A stretch of DNA of 64,000 nt, taken from contig NW_026856433.1 in NCBI RefSeq assembly GCF_026571515.1, positions 1 through 64,000 on the forward strand. The letters run 5' to 3'. Positions within the stretch are counted from its first letter, which is position 1. The number at the start of each line of letters is the position of its first letter. Under the pieces are notes generated by a model. The model saw only the letters and a list, made by a program, of their open reading frames with translations, did not search any database and was not told the origin of the DNA. Positions 1 through 13,145 of this stretch are shown here, in pieces. A program made the translations under genes and the position numbers. The stretch comes from Ruditapes philippinarum (lineage: Eukaryota).

Positions 1-1703
1 TATGCCACCGCAGCATCTGCGATACGGTGGCATATAGCGATTCACCTGTGTGTTTGTGTGTGTGTGTGTTATATAGATTATATAGTGAACTTAAAAAATC
101 TTCTTGTGAAAAACCACTAGTCCAATTTCAACCAAACTTGGCAGGATTGTTCCTTGGGTGAAGGGCTTCCAAAGTTGTTCAAAGAATTTCATTCCATGCA
201 GAAATCTGGTTGCCATGGCAACCAAAAGGAATTATAAGAATAAATTTAAAAAATCTTCTTGTAAAGACCCAAAAGGCCTAGAGCTTAGATATTTTGCATA
301 AAGCATTGTCTGGTAGACCTCTAACAAGATTGTTCAAATTATAGCCCTGAGGTCGAAATTGGCCCCGCCCCGGGGGTCATTGATTTTCACTATGTACATA
401 TAGTAAAAACTTAAAATACCTTCTTGTAAAAACCCAAAAGGCCTAGAGCTTAGATATTTTGCATAAGGCATCATCTGGTAGACCCTTACCAAGATTGTTC
501 AAATTATAGCCCTTGGGTTAAAATCGGCCCCACCCCGGGGTCATTGATTTTCGCTATATGTACATATAGTAAAAACTTAAAACACCTTCTTGTAAAGACC
601 CAAAAGGCCTAGACCTTAGATATTTTGCATAAGGCATTGTCTGGTAGACCTCTACCCAGATTGTTCAAATTATAGCCCTGGGGTCAAAATCGGCCCCGCC
701 CCAGGGGTCATTGGTTTTCCTTATATGTATATAGTAAAAACTTTAAAAAAAATCTTTTAGCAATTGACAAATGCTAGACGTTAGATATTTTGCATGAAAC
801 ATTGTGTTTTAAACCTCTAGCAAGATTGTTCAAATTATAGCCCTTGGGTCAAAATCGCCCCCACCCTGGGGGTCATTGATTTCAATATATACATATAGTA
901 AAAAATCAAAAAAAATCTTATTGTCTGAAGGTACAAGGCTAAGAGCTTTCATATTTGTTAAATAATATCATCTAAAGGTACCCTACCAAAGTTGTTCAAA
1001 TTTTGCCTCTTGTGTCAAAATTAGCCCCGCCCCTGGGAGCCATAGGTTTATCTTCTATGTATATAGTTAAAACTTAAAAAATCATCTTCTCTAAATTTAC
1101 AAAGGATAGAGTTAAGATATTTTGCATGAAACATTGTGTAGTGAACCTCTAGCAAGATTGTTCAAATTATAGCCCTGGGGTCAACATTGGTTCCGCCCCG
1201 GGGGTCATTGATTTTCATTATGTACATATAGTGAGAAAAAAAAATTTTGTCTGAAGGTTCAAGGCATAGAGCTTTGATGTTTGATATATAACATCATCTA
1301 TAGGTCCTCTACCAAAGTTGTTCAAATGTCAAAAATTGGCCCTGCCCGGGGGCAGTGATTCTCATTATGTACACGTAGTAAAAACAGAAAATAAAACAAA
1401 TGTTTACTTAATGGGAGAAAGCTATAGCTTAGATATTTGACTTAAAATGTTGCTTGGTGGACCTGTATCAAGATTGTTATTAAACCCTTGGGTCAAAATT
1501 ATGTCTTGCCCAAGGGGACAGTGACCTACTTTCTTGTCCTTTGATGTACAGCAATGACATTTTGACCATGTGCACAGTTTTAGTTGTAAATTGAATTTTG
1601 ACCTAGATTTTGATGATGTGACCTACTTTCTTGTCCTTTGATGTACAGCTATGAAATTTGAACCATGCGGTGGCATAGCATTTTTCTCAAATGCAATCTT
1701 GTT
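1..1703 (+). mobile_element. Non-autonomous Helentron/HINE (pearl/DINE-1-like) element carrying a ~165-bp satellite array (BIV160-like)
   Basis: Starts with the hairpin TATGCCACCG...CGGTGGCATA followed by a (GT)n microsatellite. About 8 tandem units follow (TGTTCAAA anchor at 331, 496, 662, 827, 993, 1159, 1319; spacing 160-166 bp). It ends with a copy of the subterminal repeat GCGGTGGCATA, a short stem-loop GCATTT..AAATGC and TT. Family name from recollection only. Confidence 0.75.
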
Positions 1704-3361
1704 TTATCTTGTTAAGAAATCTCAAACTTTTTGGGTTTGTTTACCTGTTTTGAGGGGATACTCGTATGCTATATATTTGCAATAATAAATAAATATTAAC
1801 CAACTAAAATTTTTCTTTGTTTCTTTTATATCTTTTTGCTATAGTTTACAAGCACAAAGTCCACATATTAGTGACAGGCGTGAAATCTGTACAGGTTAAA
1901 AAGTTTTTCTTGATAATAAGTTATATACACATGTAGTTAAAATTAAGCTTATTTATGAGTTGCTGTCCCTTTGCCTTTATTTTGCTTTTAGATTTTATGT
2001 ACACTCCATATATTGGTATATTAATTGGAAAGAAACAAAAATGAATAGGTCTCTATCTCAGTTTATACCTTAGACTGCTGACTGCTACAAAATATGTACA
2101 TGTGGCCATTGTGAACCAAGATCTGTTGGCACGTCCGTAAAGTCTAACCATGGTCCGCACTGTTCGCTTTACATTCAGTACATATTTTGAAATTCTCCCT
2201 AAAAAGATGAAGTGTTGTCCAAGTTGAAGATGGGCAGGTCCATTTAAAATATTTGGCGTGACCCATTGTGAATCTACTATTAAATAGGGTCAATTCTGCA
2301 GATTCCAGACGACTATCATGGTAAATACCTGATGTTTAGATTGAATATTACTATTATGCCGATGGTAGAACACACGAGAGACGTCGATTTTTCCATTATC
2401 TTCCATGGGCATTTTCAATAATTGTCTAGCTTTACACGTTTTATTTTTGTTGTCATTGCCCATTCCAGGTTTTATGCTCCCCATATTCGTGCCACTTTTT
2501 CGACTCCGTAAAAACGGTTATGCACGGGATTGTATATATTTAGATGTGACGTCATTTGCGTTATATAAACATAGCGTAAAGACGCGTCAGAAGCTCGCAT
2601 AATATAATTATAATATTTACCTCGCTCAATAACTAGACTAATTCAATATCATCTAATAAATAAAGTGGTGAACATTGTTCAGGTATTTTGGACTGACAAG
2701 AAACTTTGCATCTTGTATACTGTATAAGTGTACACATTATAATGTGAAATGTATAAATTGTTACCATATTAACCTATAATTTAAATCAAGCCTGCAAAGA
2801 TTCCATTTCAAGAAGTAGACACATACTGATTCATTTATAAATCTGACTCGCAATAAAATTTAATTGAGCGACCTGCGGATAATTTTTTGCTAATATTGCG
2901 TTAGGACTCTACCTAAAATTCGTCAATATTATAGTTGATTCAGCGCAGGGTAACCCGATCCTAAATCATTTAAGAGAAGGATTTTTTTTATATATATTTA
3001 AGAACAAGCCTCTGCTTCATTAGTTTTCTAATATTTATTGTTATGAAACAGAACAAAGGTTTTCATTATAACCGCCCGTTATTTGATACAATACTTGGGG
3101 TGTGAGCGATGCGAGACCAAATGGTTAAGTTATAAATCAATGTAAATCTGATTTTTAAAAACAATATTATATTATATTAAGTTGTTCCTGTTCACAGCTA
3201 AAATCTTGGCGAACAACATTTATATAAGGAGTCGGTATTAGGCATTTTTTAGTTTATTTGAAACAATAACTTCTAAATAATGTACTGAAAGAACCCGCTA
3301 TTTCTCTTACTTTTGTGACTTTGAAACAAATATAGTTAACGGTTAGTTTGAGCTTATTAAA

Positions 3362-5083
3362 ATGTGGAGAAATAAACGGAAATTTATCATAAATCATATC
3401 AAGAAAGAACGGAAAGATATTTCCAAATGGTTCCTTATCCCAGGAAGCGTCCTGTGCGGAATTTCTATATTAATGTCTGTCCTGGCCGTCTCTTTACCGT
3501 ACTGGGTTAGCGTAAACGATGTGATGGAGACCACCGTCGCCGGACTGACGGATGACACGGATGTGACGTATTTTTACGGGTTGCTAAGATACTGCTTGAA
3601 GATGAAAGCTACTCATCTTGATACAGATGAATGTAAGGCCAAGGACTACTCGTCGTTAACTGGTAAGTTAAAATTCTGATTCTAGTTCATCGTCATTTTG
3701 CCAGCACATTATGTACGAGTACATGTAGATCTAGTTAATTCCAGTCAGCGTTTGTTCTTTGAAATATAGGCAATGCCGTCATTTTGCCATTTAAGCCGTA
3801 AAACATACTGTTTCAAGTATGTTCAGGTATTTCGGACTGACAATAAACTTTGTCATTGAACGCCGCCTTTCCTTGTTGATCTTGTTTATAATAGTCTTTA
3901 AGACACCTATAGCGCATATCTCCAGAACCACTTTATTATTTTAACCAATGGTCCCAAAATGGGACTCTTGTACCTTGCCCGATTTCAATTTCGTTACATT
4001 CTGCAAAACCGCAGACGCTGACTTTTTTCATTTTTCTTAATTAACATAATAATTTGAATAATTCAGATATCATTATATCTTTTTTCATCAGGTTGGGAAC
4101 AGACGACATTAATTACATTCATTGTTTCTATTGTGCTTAATGCTGTCGCCATCGTGAATGTGATTTTAAATCGCCGATGTTGGAACATGTTATTTCTACT
4201 TATTGGGGCAACACTATTGGCATTGGCCTCAGGTATGAAAGTTTAGTACACAATGTAAATTAGAAACTTCTAAATCTTAAAGCTGCAACATGATAACCCG
4301 TATATATTCTTCTTTTATGTTTCTAACCCATTTCACACAATTATTTATACGACAAAAAATTATTCTAAATTTTACCAAATGAACGGCCAGCTGTGAATGC
4401 GCGAAATCTGTTAAATTGGAATGAATCTTTTGTGTTCAGTTTTCTTAGGAAACTTATTATTTTAGTGTGTTTTGATAGTTTAAAACTCATATCAAGCATA
4501 TGAATACAGCGTGATTTTTAATTTGAAAAAAAATGAAGGACATTTCGCCGATTACAGCTTTTAATTTTTTATGTAAATATTCTGGACAGGTGCTTGTCAA
4601 GCAGTCGGGGTGTCACTGTACCAGATCAAAGCTTCCGTCCTTGTCCTAGACATTGGTGGATTAACTACGGCAAATTTCAAACCAGAATTTTTCGGTGCAG
4701 CATTCTGGTTCGCGTTCCTCAGTGCTGTAGGCTCTATGACGGCTGGTCTGCTCCTGATGTTAGGAACATTTACATGGAAGAGGCCAAAAATAATGCGCAA
4801 GGTACATTATAAATCTGTCATTTTTTGACTTTGGGTAGCGTTTGCAAATTGACTTCAGACGTATACATATCTCCAATTTATTGGCAAAATTGAACATATA
4901 GAGCTAGCGGTATACAATATGTTGATACAATTTTAGGTTGACTGTTCTGAAAAAGAGTTAAACTTTAAACTAAAATCATGCTATATATTTCTATTACAGA
5001 ACATGTACAAGACAACAGTTCGAGCTCCAGTCTGTCCGTACAAAGGCCGCCGTCCAGCTCTAATATCTATAACCAACATGTGA
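3362..5083 (+). CDS. Claudin/PMP22/EMP/MP20-superfamily tetraspan membrane protein (~245 aa), paralog 1
   Basis: Exons 3362-3662, 4092-4232, 4590-4801, 5000-5083 join in frame at GT-AG sites (phases 1,1,0). Four hydrophobic segments, and the extracellular-loop-1 signature LPYW...YFYGLLRYC...C (W-GLW-C-C type). If the last intron is retained the frame stops at 4828 (226 aa). Confidence 0.85.
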
Positions 5084-5594
5084 ACTTATAACCAAATGTT
5101 AAGGATAAAACTTTCATTTATAACAACAAATTTGTCGAGTAATACTACATTTGTACATCCACAGTTGAAGAGAAATTATTTTAAAAAAACAACACTTTTT
5201 ATAGAATACAAGCGTGTACAAAGTTACCAAAAGCGCAATAAACCCACAGAAGGAGGCTATAGTAATAATTACGCCTGTGAATTCTGGGGTTGCAGGGTCA
5301 CAAACTACATTTAACTTCAGAGAAACAAATACAATACATTCACTTTTAGAGTTGTGTGTGTGCGTGCGTGCGTGTGTGCGTGCGTGTGTAGAAATTCATT
5401 GGGATGTTATCAAACAATCGTTTGCATCTATTTTGAAACGGAATTCAATGCAGTAACTTTCAATGTGGGTGGCTAAAATGGTTACCTTTATATTTTGGAA
5501 GTTTAAATTATTTATTATGTATCTATTAATATATCAACAAGCATGCATAACTTCTACTAAAGTAAAATATATAATTTCATTAATTTGTACTTAA

Positions 5595-5900
5595 AGCAGC
5601 ATGTCAATTTTCACATACATTTCTAAAATGTATTAAAAAGTTAAATATTGTCAAGTGAACAAAGAAAGTAATTTACACATTGCAAACGGAACTAAATATC
5701 TACGAAAATTAACAAAAAAGCTGGTCCGAACAGCAAAAATAGCACATACTGCGATAGTCGCGCAGTAGAAATATGGTGATAAATACTGCAAAATAAGTAT
5801 TGAATTTATCATATTGTGAATATTTTTTATCTTTGTACACTTTTCTCAAGATTGATTTTCTTGATATATTTTGGTTCATCAGATCTGGAGGCATGCAACT
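5595..5900. mobile_element. Kolobok-like MITE (TTAA target duplication)
   Basis: TTAA|AGCAGCATG ... CATGCAACT|TTAA. A related end (TTAAAGCTGCATGCCTCCAGAT) occurs at ~48420. Confidence 0.45.
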
Positions 5901-6684
5901 TTAATATAACACAAGTTTCAATAATGGAAATTTGATTGAAACAGTTTTATTAGTTTCGTAAAACTATTTTATGAAAAAATACATTTGCGGTATCTTTTCA
6001 TTTTGAAACAAATGTTATTGGTACATGTAATTATTATTTACTGCTCACTTTCTTTGTCTGATTAAGATATGCAGATGTCTTGATAAATAAAAACTTTCCA
6101 ACAATTTTCAGTCAAGTCTTTTTTCTCTCTAAATTCATAAATACATAACCTATCGAACTTTGTATATTTTACAAAATTAGCTAATAAGTGAATGACGTTT
6201 TATTTTTCCAATCGAATGCACAATTTTAGTTGATACATATAGACTGTATTGCGTGTGGATTTCTTATTAATAATAATAATTGTTCAGTTTGGTAAAGCTT
6301 TGTATAGTTTGTTGCACAATTCATAGTGAAATATCTTAACAAACATCGGCGGGATAAAGCACGTGGGATTTAATTGGTAGGAGTGGTTCTGAATATGCGC
6401 TTTTCCCGCCCAATTAATATTTATTTTTCCGCTATAACTGTTTTAATATAACACTCGAAAGAAAATTATCAATAAAATTTCAACAAACCGAGCCTTTAAA
6501 CTTTAAGTTTTCACATAATTATTTATAATTACACAAACGTAAATCGAGCGTTATTATATTTATTGGGAATGTCTCTAGTTGGGTGTATACACTTCTCATT
6601 GTTCAAATACTTTCTTGACAGAATCAATCAAGAAGCAAACAAGTTCGATTGTCCACAGTATATCAGATTTCATGTTAGTGAAAT

Positions 6685-6891
6685 GAGCCGCGTCACGGCA
6701 AAACCAACATAGTGCGTTTGCGACCAGCATGGATCCAGACCAGCCTGCGCATCCGCGCAGTCTGATCAGGATCCATGTTGTTCGCTAACCAATCCTATTA
6801 CAAGTAGAGAAACTGATAGCGAACAGCATGGATCCTGATCAGACTGCGCGGATGCGCAGGCTGGTCTGGATCCATGCTGGTCGCAAACGCA

Positions 6892-6930
<39 letters not shown>

Positions 6931-6958
6931 TTGTTTTGTTTTAGTCGTGACGCGGCTC
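6685..6958. mobile_element. Palindromic MITE, Sola-type (GAG...CTC termini, 4-bp AWWT TSD)
   Basis: Long inverted arms GAGCCGCGTCACG...CGTGACGCGGCTC with TSD AAAT on both sides. The right arm contains a 35-nt poly(A) (6894-6928). Confidence 0.85.
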
Positions 6959-7268
6959 AAATCATCCAATAAAATATCGTGTTATTATGATGGAAGATGT
7001 ATACTTGTAGCATAGGAACGCGGTATTCAAAATATTTTATTTTTTGTATTTTCTTTCTTTATTTGTTAGTGTAAAAAATGAAATTATCTCTGAATTGATT
7101 TGAACTTGAAAAGATAAGATTTTACATACGTGAAAAAAGACTTAATTTTGATTTTTATAGAAAATAACCGAAAGCTCGACATAAATAAGGTTATTTTTAA
7201 TACGATATTGGATATCAAAGGCTGCTTGAAATAAGAGAGTGAATGTCTGTTTAACACGTAGTTTCATT

Positions 7269-8165
7269 ATGCCCCTTGTGGACAAGTCAAATACGTATAC
7301 TGGGGTCGGAGTCGGGGCCTCTGGTGTAGGTAGTTTGGTTTCGATCCTGGCGTTTGCGCTTCCATATTGGATTTATTACGATGAGGACCTAACTCTCACT
7401 GACGGAACCGGAAGTCATCAAGTTCAGTGGACGTACTATTATGGTTTCTGGAAATTCTGTAATAAAGTGTCGTCTGATGTGTCGAACTCAGATAGATGTG
7501 GAAGTGTCGAGTCACATTCAGGTATCAACGTGTTTATTAACATGTTTATAAATACGTCTACATTTTCTAATATGTCTAACTAGAATAAAGGTGATTAAAA
7601 GCATAATGAAATGCAAAACTGCATATAGTAGAAATTTTAGTGATGGGGAAAATTTTCAAAATAAGTAAACGTCTATGGTTACCAAGTACTGTAATAGTAA
7701 ACGTAATGCAATGAAGTCAAATAGCATTAGAGCCCTTCCTATAGTTTGTTTTTGAGCCTACCGTTGTAGCTCGGTGCCATACTGTTTATTTCAATGCTTA
7801 GTAGCTTATTTCGTTTTTTTTGTTGTTGATTCTTTGGGGGGATGGGGGTGTGGGGGGTCTCCAGTCAATATAATTGTATCCCTTAACTGAATATTACTCA
7901 TCGTCTCTTAGTATAATAAATACCGATTTTTTTTTCTTTTTCAAGTATCGCGCTTGACAAAGAACAAAATTCTGAAAAAGAACAAAATTAGATCTTCTTG
8001 AAAATTGCTTAATTATTTCAGATGTTGAGCAGACAACAGCATGTCTTCTGCTACTTGCCATTCTATTATTTGTAAGCGGTGTTGCTAATGGTTGCCTGTA
8101 CCTGACCATATTTAAGAAAGAAAAGCTATGTCTCTACATAACTTGGATATCTGTGGTAGCAGCGG
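7269..8165 (+). CDS. Claudin/PMP22-superfamily membrane protein, paralog 2 (exons 1-2 only; 3' exons not resolvable)
   Basis: Exons 7269-7521 and 8022-8165 have the same phase-1 intron positions as paralog 1. Motif LPYW...YYYGFWKFC...C; exon 2 starts DVEQTT versus GWEQTT in paralog 1. Confidence 0.8.
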
Positions 8166-9246
8166 GTAAGATCATTGCCTTTACCCTTTTCACCATTTTC
8201 GTTTAAAATAAATAGATTCAAGACGATAATGTCACAAGTGACATATATGAAAGTTTAAGATAGGGTCGCACTGATCAATATAAAAAAAAATCAGAAAGTC
8301 ATTTACAATGACAAAGTGATCCTTCATTCATAGTCAGAAAGCATGCCGACTTATAATCTAGGCAAACAGCTACTTGATTCAATGCCTTTTTTAAGAGTCA
8401 TGTTGAAATGAAACACGTTGAAGATACTTTTTAGTCAATATGCCCGAGTCCTGGCCCATGCATGTCTACCTGTCAACAAATAATTCACGAGTTCGAGCCA
8501 AATACAGGTCAATACCTCGCCTAGCTTATGTGATACTAGTTTTGGTTAGTTTAGGAAGCGGATTCGAAAAGGTTACAGTTATGTCATTCGGGCTATATAA
8601 ATACAACTTTGAAATTTAACCAACTCTTTAAATTAATTAACGCTTAATCTATGTACAAACCCTTAATCTATATACATGTACGGACAAGATTTTAACTAGA
8701 ATGAAAGGATACATTGTATATGTATGTATGCATTCCAGATGAAATTATATTTTAATTTGGAGATTTTTTTATATTATTTTCATTGAATGGTAATTATTAA
8801 AAAGTATTAATTTTATGAGGTGAACGCCCAGTGAAATGTTGAAAGTTTATAAAATCCGAAATTATTCATTTGTGATAAACATCGTCTTTATTGGTTTCGT
8901 CCGTGATTGTTAGATTTGAAATAAAGTTATTGGCTTTTAAGTACCATTCAGATAGTGTACCAATAAACTGGAGTGACTTACATAATAAAACCGACCTTTT
9001 GATCATTAAATTAATATTCAACTCAAGAGAACATATTAAAATATTAAAGAAGGCAAAGGTATAAAGTTTTAACACCTAAAATATACAAGATAATCTGAAA
9101 ATTGCTAAAACTGAAATTACAAAACAATACTTTGCACCCCACCCCACCACATAGCCTCCTCCCAAAGTATAGAGCTGGACCAGTGCAGAGTATCTGTGGA
9201 GTCTAACTAGACTTATACACTGTACTTTGATAAACATCTTAAAAAT

Positions 9247-9321
9247 GGGTACGGTGGCTTAGTGGTTAAGGTATCTTGTTTTCAACTCAGAAACCGTGGG
9301 TTCGAGCCCTGCAGGGGTCAT
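9247..9321 (+). mobile_element. tRNA-derived SINE head (truncated)
   Basis: A box TGGCTTAGTGG and B box GGTTCGAGCCC; no complete cloverleaf; breaks off at low-quality sequence. Confidence 0.55.
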
Positions 9322-9744
9322 ACCTTTTTTCTTCATATTATTTTTTCCTATAAAATGTATCTTTTTGATAACTTTAAAATGTTATTATTTTATATATATT
9401 TTCATTTTTTTTAAATTTTTTCAAATCAATCTTTTTAAAATTGGGAATAAACAAAGTCCTTTTTCATTTGGGGCCCTCTGTTACATTGTAAATACTTTTC
9501 TGAAAAAAAAACTTGATTATTTTTTTCCCAGGGAAATCCTCCCCAGTGACAAGAAAATACTTTTTTTGGGAAACAGAAGGAAACCATTCGTGAATTTTTA
9601 TGGTTTTATATTACACTAAAAATTTTACTTCCCCCAAAAATTGCATCCCTTCCCTTTCTGGCTGTTGTTGGTTTCCTGTCTATTTTTTTGGGCCAAGAAA
9701 AACACTATTTTTTCCAACGGGCTTTTTAATAAGTTTTTTCACAG

Positions 9745-10878
9745 AACAGAAAGGGCGACCAGATACAGAAAAAGCCCTATGATTTCTTATGGATCAGTGC
9801 ATAAAAACCAACCGAATAATCTTCGAGACGATCAAGATATTCCAGAAGATTACAGTTATATCAACTCGAAAGTTCCCAAAACTTTCCCAATAAAACAAAA
9901 CTCCCCTTTTAATCAAACATAAATCAGAATCAATCGTGTTTTTACAAAGGTTCTTTTGATTCCGATGATAGTGATATTGTTTCCAAAAGTTTGCAAAGGG
10001 GTTTTTTAAGGTGAAAGCCCACCCCAAAAAAAACCCAGTTTGGGGAAACCAAAATAAAATGACGAAAATTTTTAAAAAACACAAAGGGGGTAAATCGGGA
10101 AAAACCACTAACCCCATTTTTAAAGATTCGAGGGAGGGCCGTTACCAAAAAGCAGAAAGGATAAAACACCCCACAAAAGTGAATTTGGCCTCTACTTTAA
10201 ACCTTAAAACGAAAAAAGGAATCAGGGGGGATATTGAGGGCGTTTGCCGGGAAATCCCCCTATACCCCAAAACGGACTTGGGCCATTTTTGAAAAAAGGC
10301 AAAGCCCCAAAAAATCGCAAACCTAAAGGGTTCCCCGCCCCGGGGGCTTATGATAGGGGGGATGCGTTCATACTTCGACGAGTTAAAACCCAGGGGTTTT
10401 GCCGTTCACGCAGAGGAATGAAGGGGCTTGCTATTAGCCGGAACCGGAGAAAAAAATAAAGATGAAAATAACAACTTCAAGTTAGAGCAAAAAAATAAAA
10501 ACTGAAATACATCGAGGCATTCTTCGCAAACATAGGCACAAATCTTTCCCCAAAGAAACCGGGGCAAAGTCAAAGCGGAAACGAAGACAACCTTCAGAAC
10601 TACAGCTCAGACGGGTCCGCGAAATGACAGATGTTTATAGCGCTTCACCATCGGTTCAAGCAATATATCCCCCACACCAGTCACACAAGTCTGCCCCCTG
10701 GAACAGCGCTCGTTCAAGGCCGAAAACATCAACCTTGCTGAAGTGGTCATTGCATGCGTATGGGGTTGAGTCTATCCCAAAACTTCCAAAACATTTAAAG
10801 TCACCAATGAGGAGTGGAACGGAATCCGTCACACTTGAGGATCGTGAAATAAATGGAAAGAACTGTTCCAATGCGTAA
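9745..10878 (+). other. Probable long terminal coding exon corrupted by homopolymer-type sequence errors (possibly the cytoplasmic tail of claudin paralog 2)
   Basis: Acceptor TTTTTTCACAG at 9744. Protein-like fragments appear in shifting frames (SPMISYGSVHKNQPNNLRDDQDIPEDYSYINS; DSDDSDIVS; DENNNFKLEQ), and the frame is open 10486-10878 where the sequence is clean. Confidence 0.4.
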
Positions 10879-11479
10879 AAATACTTAACTTTATACGTGA
10901 AACAAATTTGATATACTAGTATATTAGACGATATTTAAATTGGTGCTTGCCGTTCTGTTTACGTAGGAAAAATTATATTTACTAACCACAATGTACACAC
11001 TTTTCGCATGCATAATAATTATATCATTTTAATTTTTTTTTAATAATAAAGTTTTCGTGACAATAAACGCTATTTCTATTACATAAGATGTAAAAAAAAC
11101 ATGTAAAAATGCTGCTACTGCTGTTTTGATTTTATTTTGGGTTAAGTTCTAGTTTACAAAGCACCTGTGCTTCATTCACATCAATGATAGTCACCTAGTT
11201 TATATAAATGTAGGAGTGCTTTCTTTTTCAAAAGGACTATGTGTTAACTTATATAAAACTTTGTACAAAACTATGTACAATCAAAGCACAGAAGGCGCTG
11301 AATTTGTTTGGGTCTCAGAATGTAAGAAAGGTGAAGGTTGTGAGATTATAAACCAATTTGTTTGGTAAGTGTCACCAAATTCTGTTTCCAGTGTTATAAC
11401 TATAGTAAATTGGCTATAAGACTAATTGCAACACTGACATTCAATTCAATGTTAAAACAAAAATAAAAACAAAAAAAAA

Positions 11480-11700
11480 CATGAGTTGCCTAAACTGGGA
11501 TTTTGAACTCCGGACCTCTTGCTTCTAAAGCGAGCGTGTAAATCACTCAACTAGGGCGAGTTATGAGATAATAGCCTAAAGAATACCATATTATTCTTAA
11601 TTAGAGTTTGTAACCCTTATTAATTTCGATATATTTTTTGTTTCACGGTGAAACCATTGTTTAAACTGAAGTAAAATAAACATTTGGAGGCTGAATATAT
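11480..11700 (-). repeat. Dispersed repeat with tRNA-like segment; diverged second copy at ~18930-19130
   Basis: Shared blocks CTGGGATTT(T)GAACTCC, GTAA.CC.TA.TAATTT.GA and TTGTTTAAA..TGAAGTAAA. Confidence 0.5.
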
Positions 11701-12937
11701 TGCATGTATATCTATAAAGAATAATACAATATTAGAAATCTTCGACCAATCGGGAACTATTTTTTCGTTACGAAAATTAATGAGCCTGTCATTTGACAAT
11801 CTTCGCGCAATGATCTCCCCCTAATTTTTCGGCGTTAATGTACATATGAAGCGAAATAACCGTTTCGAGGAGTTTGGACTACTTTCGGCATTTGCAAATA
11901 AGAACATCTTGGTCTGACGACCCAAACAAATAAAAACTAGCCCGTTTCCTCTACTTTGCTCAATACGGAGAGCATACAAGGGTTGCTGGTCCAAGCCTCG
12001 GGCGGGAAGTAATTTCTCTGTGACAACTGATCTCGGAAACTTGTTTAAAATGTTGTAGACTGTGTTGATATGGACGGTCATGGACAATGCATGCTGTTGT
12101 CCATGTTTTATTTGTCCTTAATAAAGTACAGCTAACATTACGTAATGTGATGATAAGATAATATCGGTCTCAGCAGTCTTTTTCGAATATTTAACACCGG
12201 TTTGGAGTTTTGGTGTTTTGGTGCGTAAGAAGAATTGACCACGAAGGCCGATATCATTTCGAACGAAGATCACTTAAGCATTTTCTGCCGATTTTCTTAT
12301 AACGCTGTTCAAATTTCGCACTCTACTGTCGCTAAGATATAGAAATTATTAAACAAAAGAAATAATAAAAATTTAACAATTTTTTAACAATTTAAAATTA
12401 CGTGGTAGACTGGATTATTATTCTGCCAGCCCATCTGTACTTTGATTTGCTATACCTCGTACCTGGCGCAATGTAGAAACAGTGTCCCAGTAGTTGTTAG
12501 ATGACATCGCACTAGCACTTGAAAAGCCTGGCACAATCAATGTTTCCTTTATACGAAATACAGGTAACGAAATACGGAATTACCAACTAAGACTTCTACT
12601 TAAAGGCAAGAATAGCGCTAATGAACCATTTCCCGTGCATTAAAACCTGCGGGCTCGGGCTTTAAATGCGTCCTCGTGTTTCTATACTCTTTATAAGAGA
12701 TTTTCAGCTTGTACGGATAACGATAGCCGGAGACGAACAACGGATAAAATATTCGGGGGTTATCTCAAAATATTTACTATTCTAATGAATAACCATACAG
12801 TAAGTTCTATAACCTTAGATAAGTTCAAATACATGCAATGCTTGGACGAACATTACTTTTATGAATATATCCACACACTAGAAATTGTTATGTAACGTTT
12901 AATCTCTGCTATACCGTGTTATTCGTTTAGGACCCTA

Positions 12938-13145
12938 TTTACGGCGTATTTGATCTGACGTGTATGGGGTCTTTATATGGTCATACGTGGGATAAATTTT
13001 TCGACAAGTTCAACGCATTCTTCTGGAAATGCAAAATCAGTGCTGATCTCATAAAACATGTGATACTGCTGGGCATCGTTTTGGTGACCAAGAAACCTAC
13101 TTCGTATATATCTTATAGTATCATGACGATGTCTCCAATATAACA
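12938..13145 (-). pseudogene. Degenerate PIF/Harbinger (DDE_Tnp_4-type) transposase fragment
   Basis: The minus strand reads HRHDTIRYIRSRFLGHQNDAQQYHMFYEISTDFAFPEECVELV, then after a frameshift KIYPTYDHIKTPYTSDQIRRK*. This matches the Harbinger GxxND...(G)DxxYP...TPY motif order. Confidence 0.6.

Noticed and set aside
9296-10459. Cluster of 60-107-aa F/K/P/G-rich ORFs
   Set aside because: Products of homopolymer-rich, probably erroneous sequence.
12931-13143. 70-codon open plus-strand frame after an AG
   Set aside because: Better explained as the antisense of the Harbinger transposase relic.
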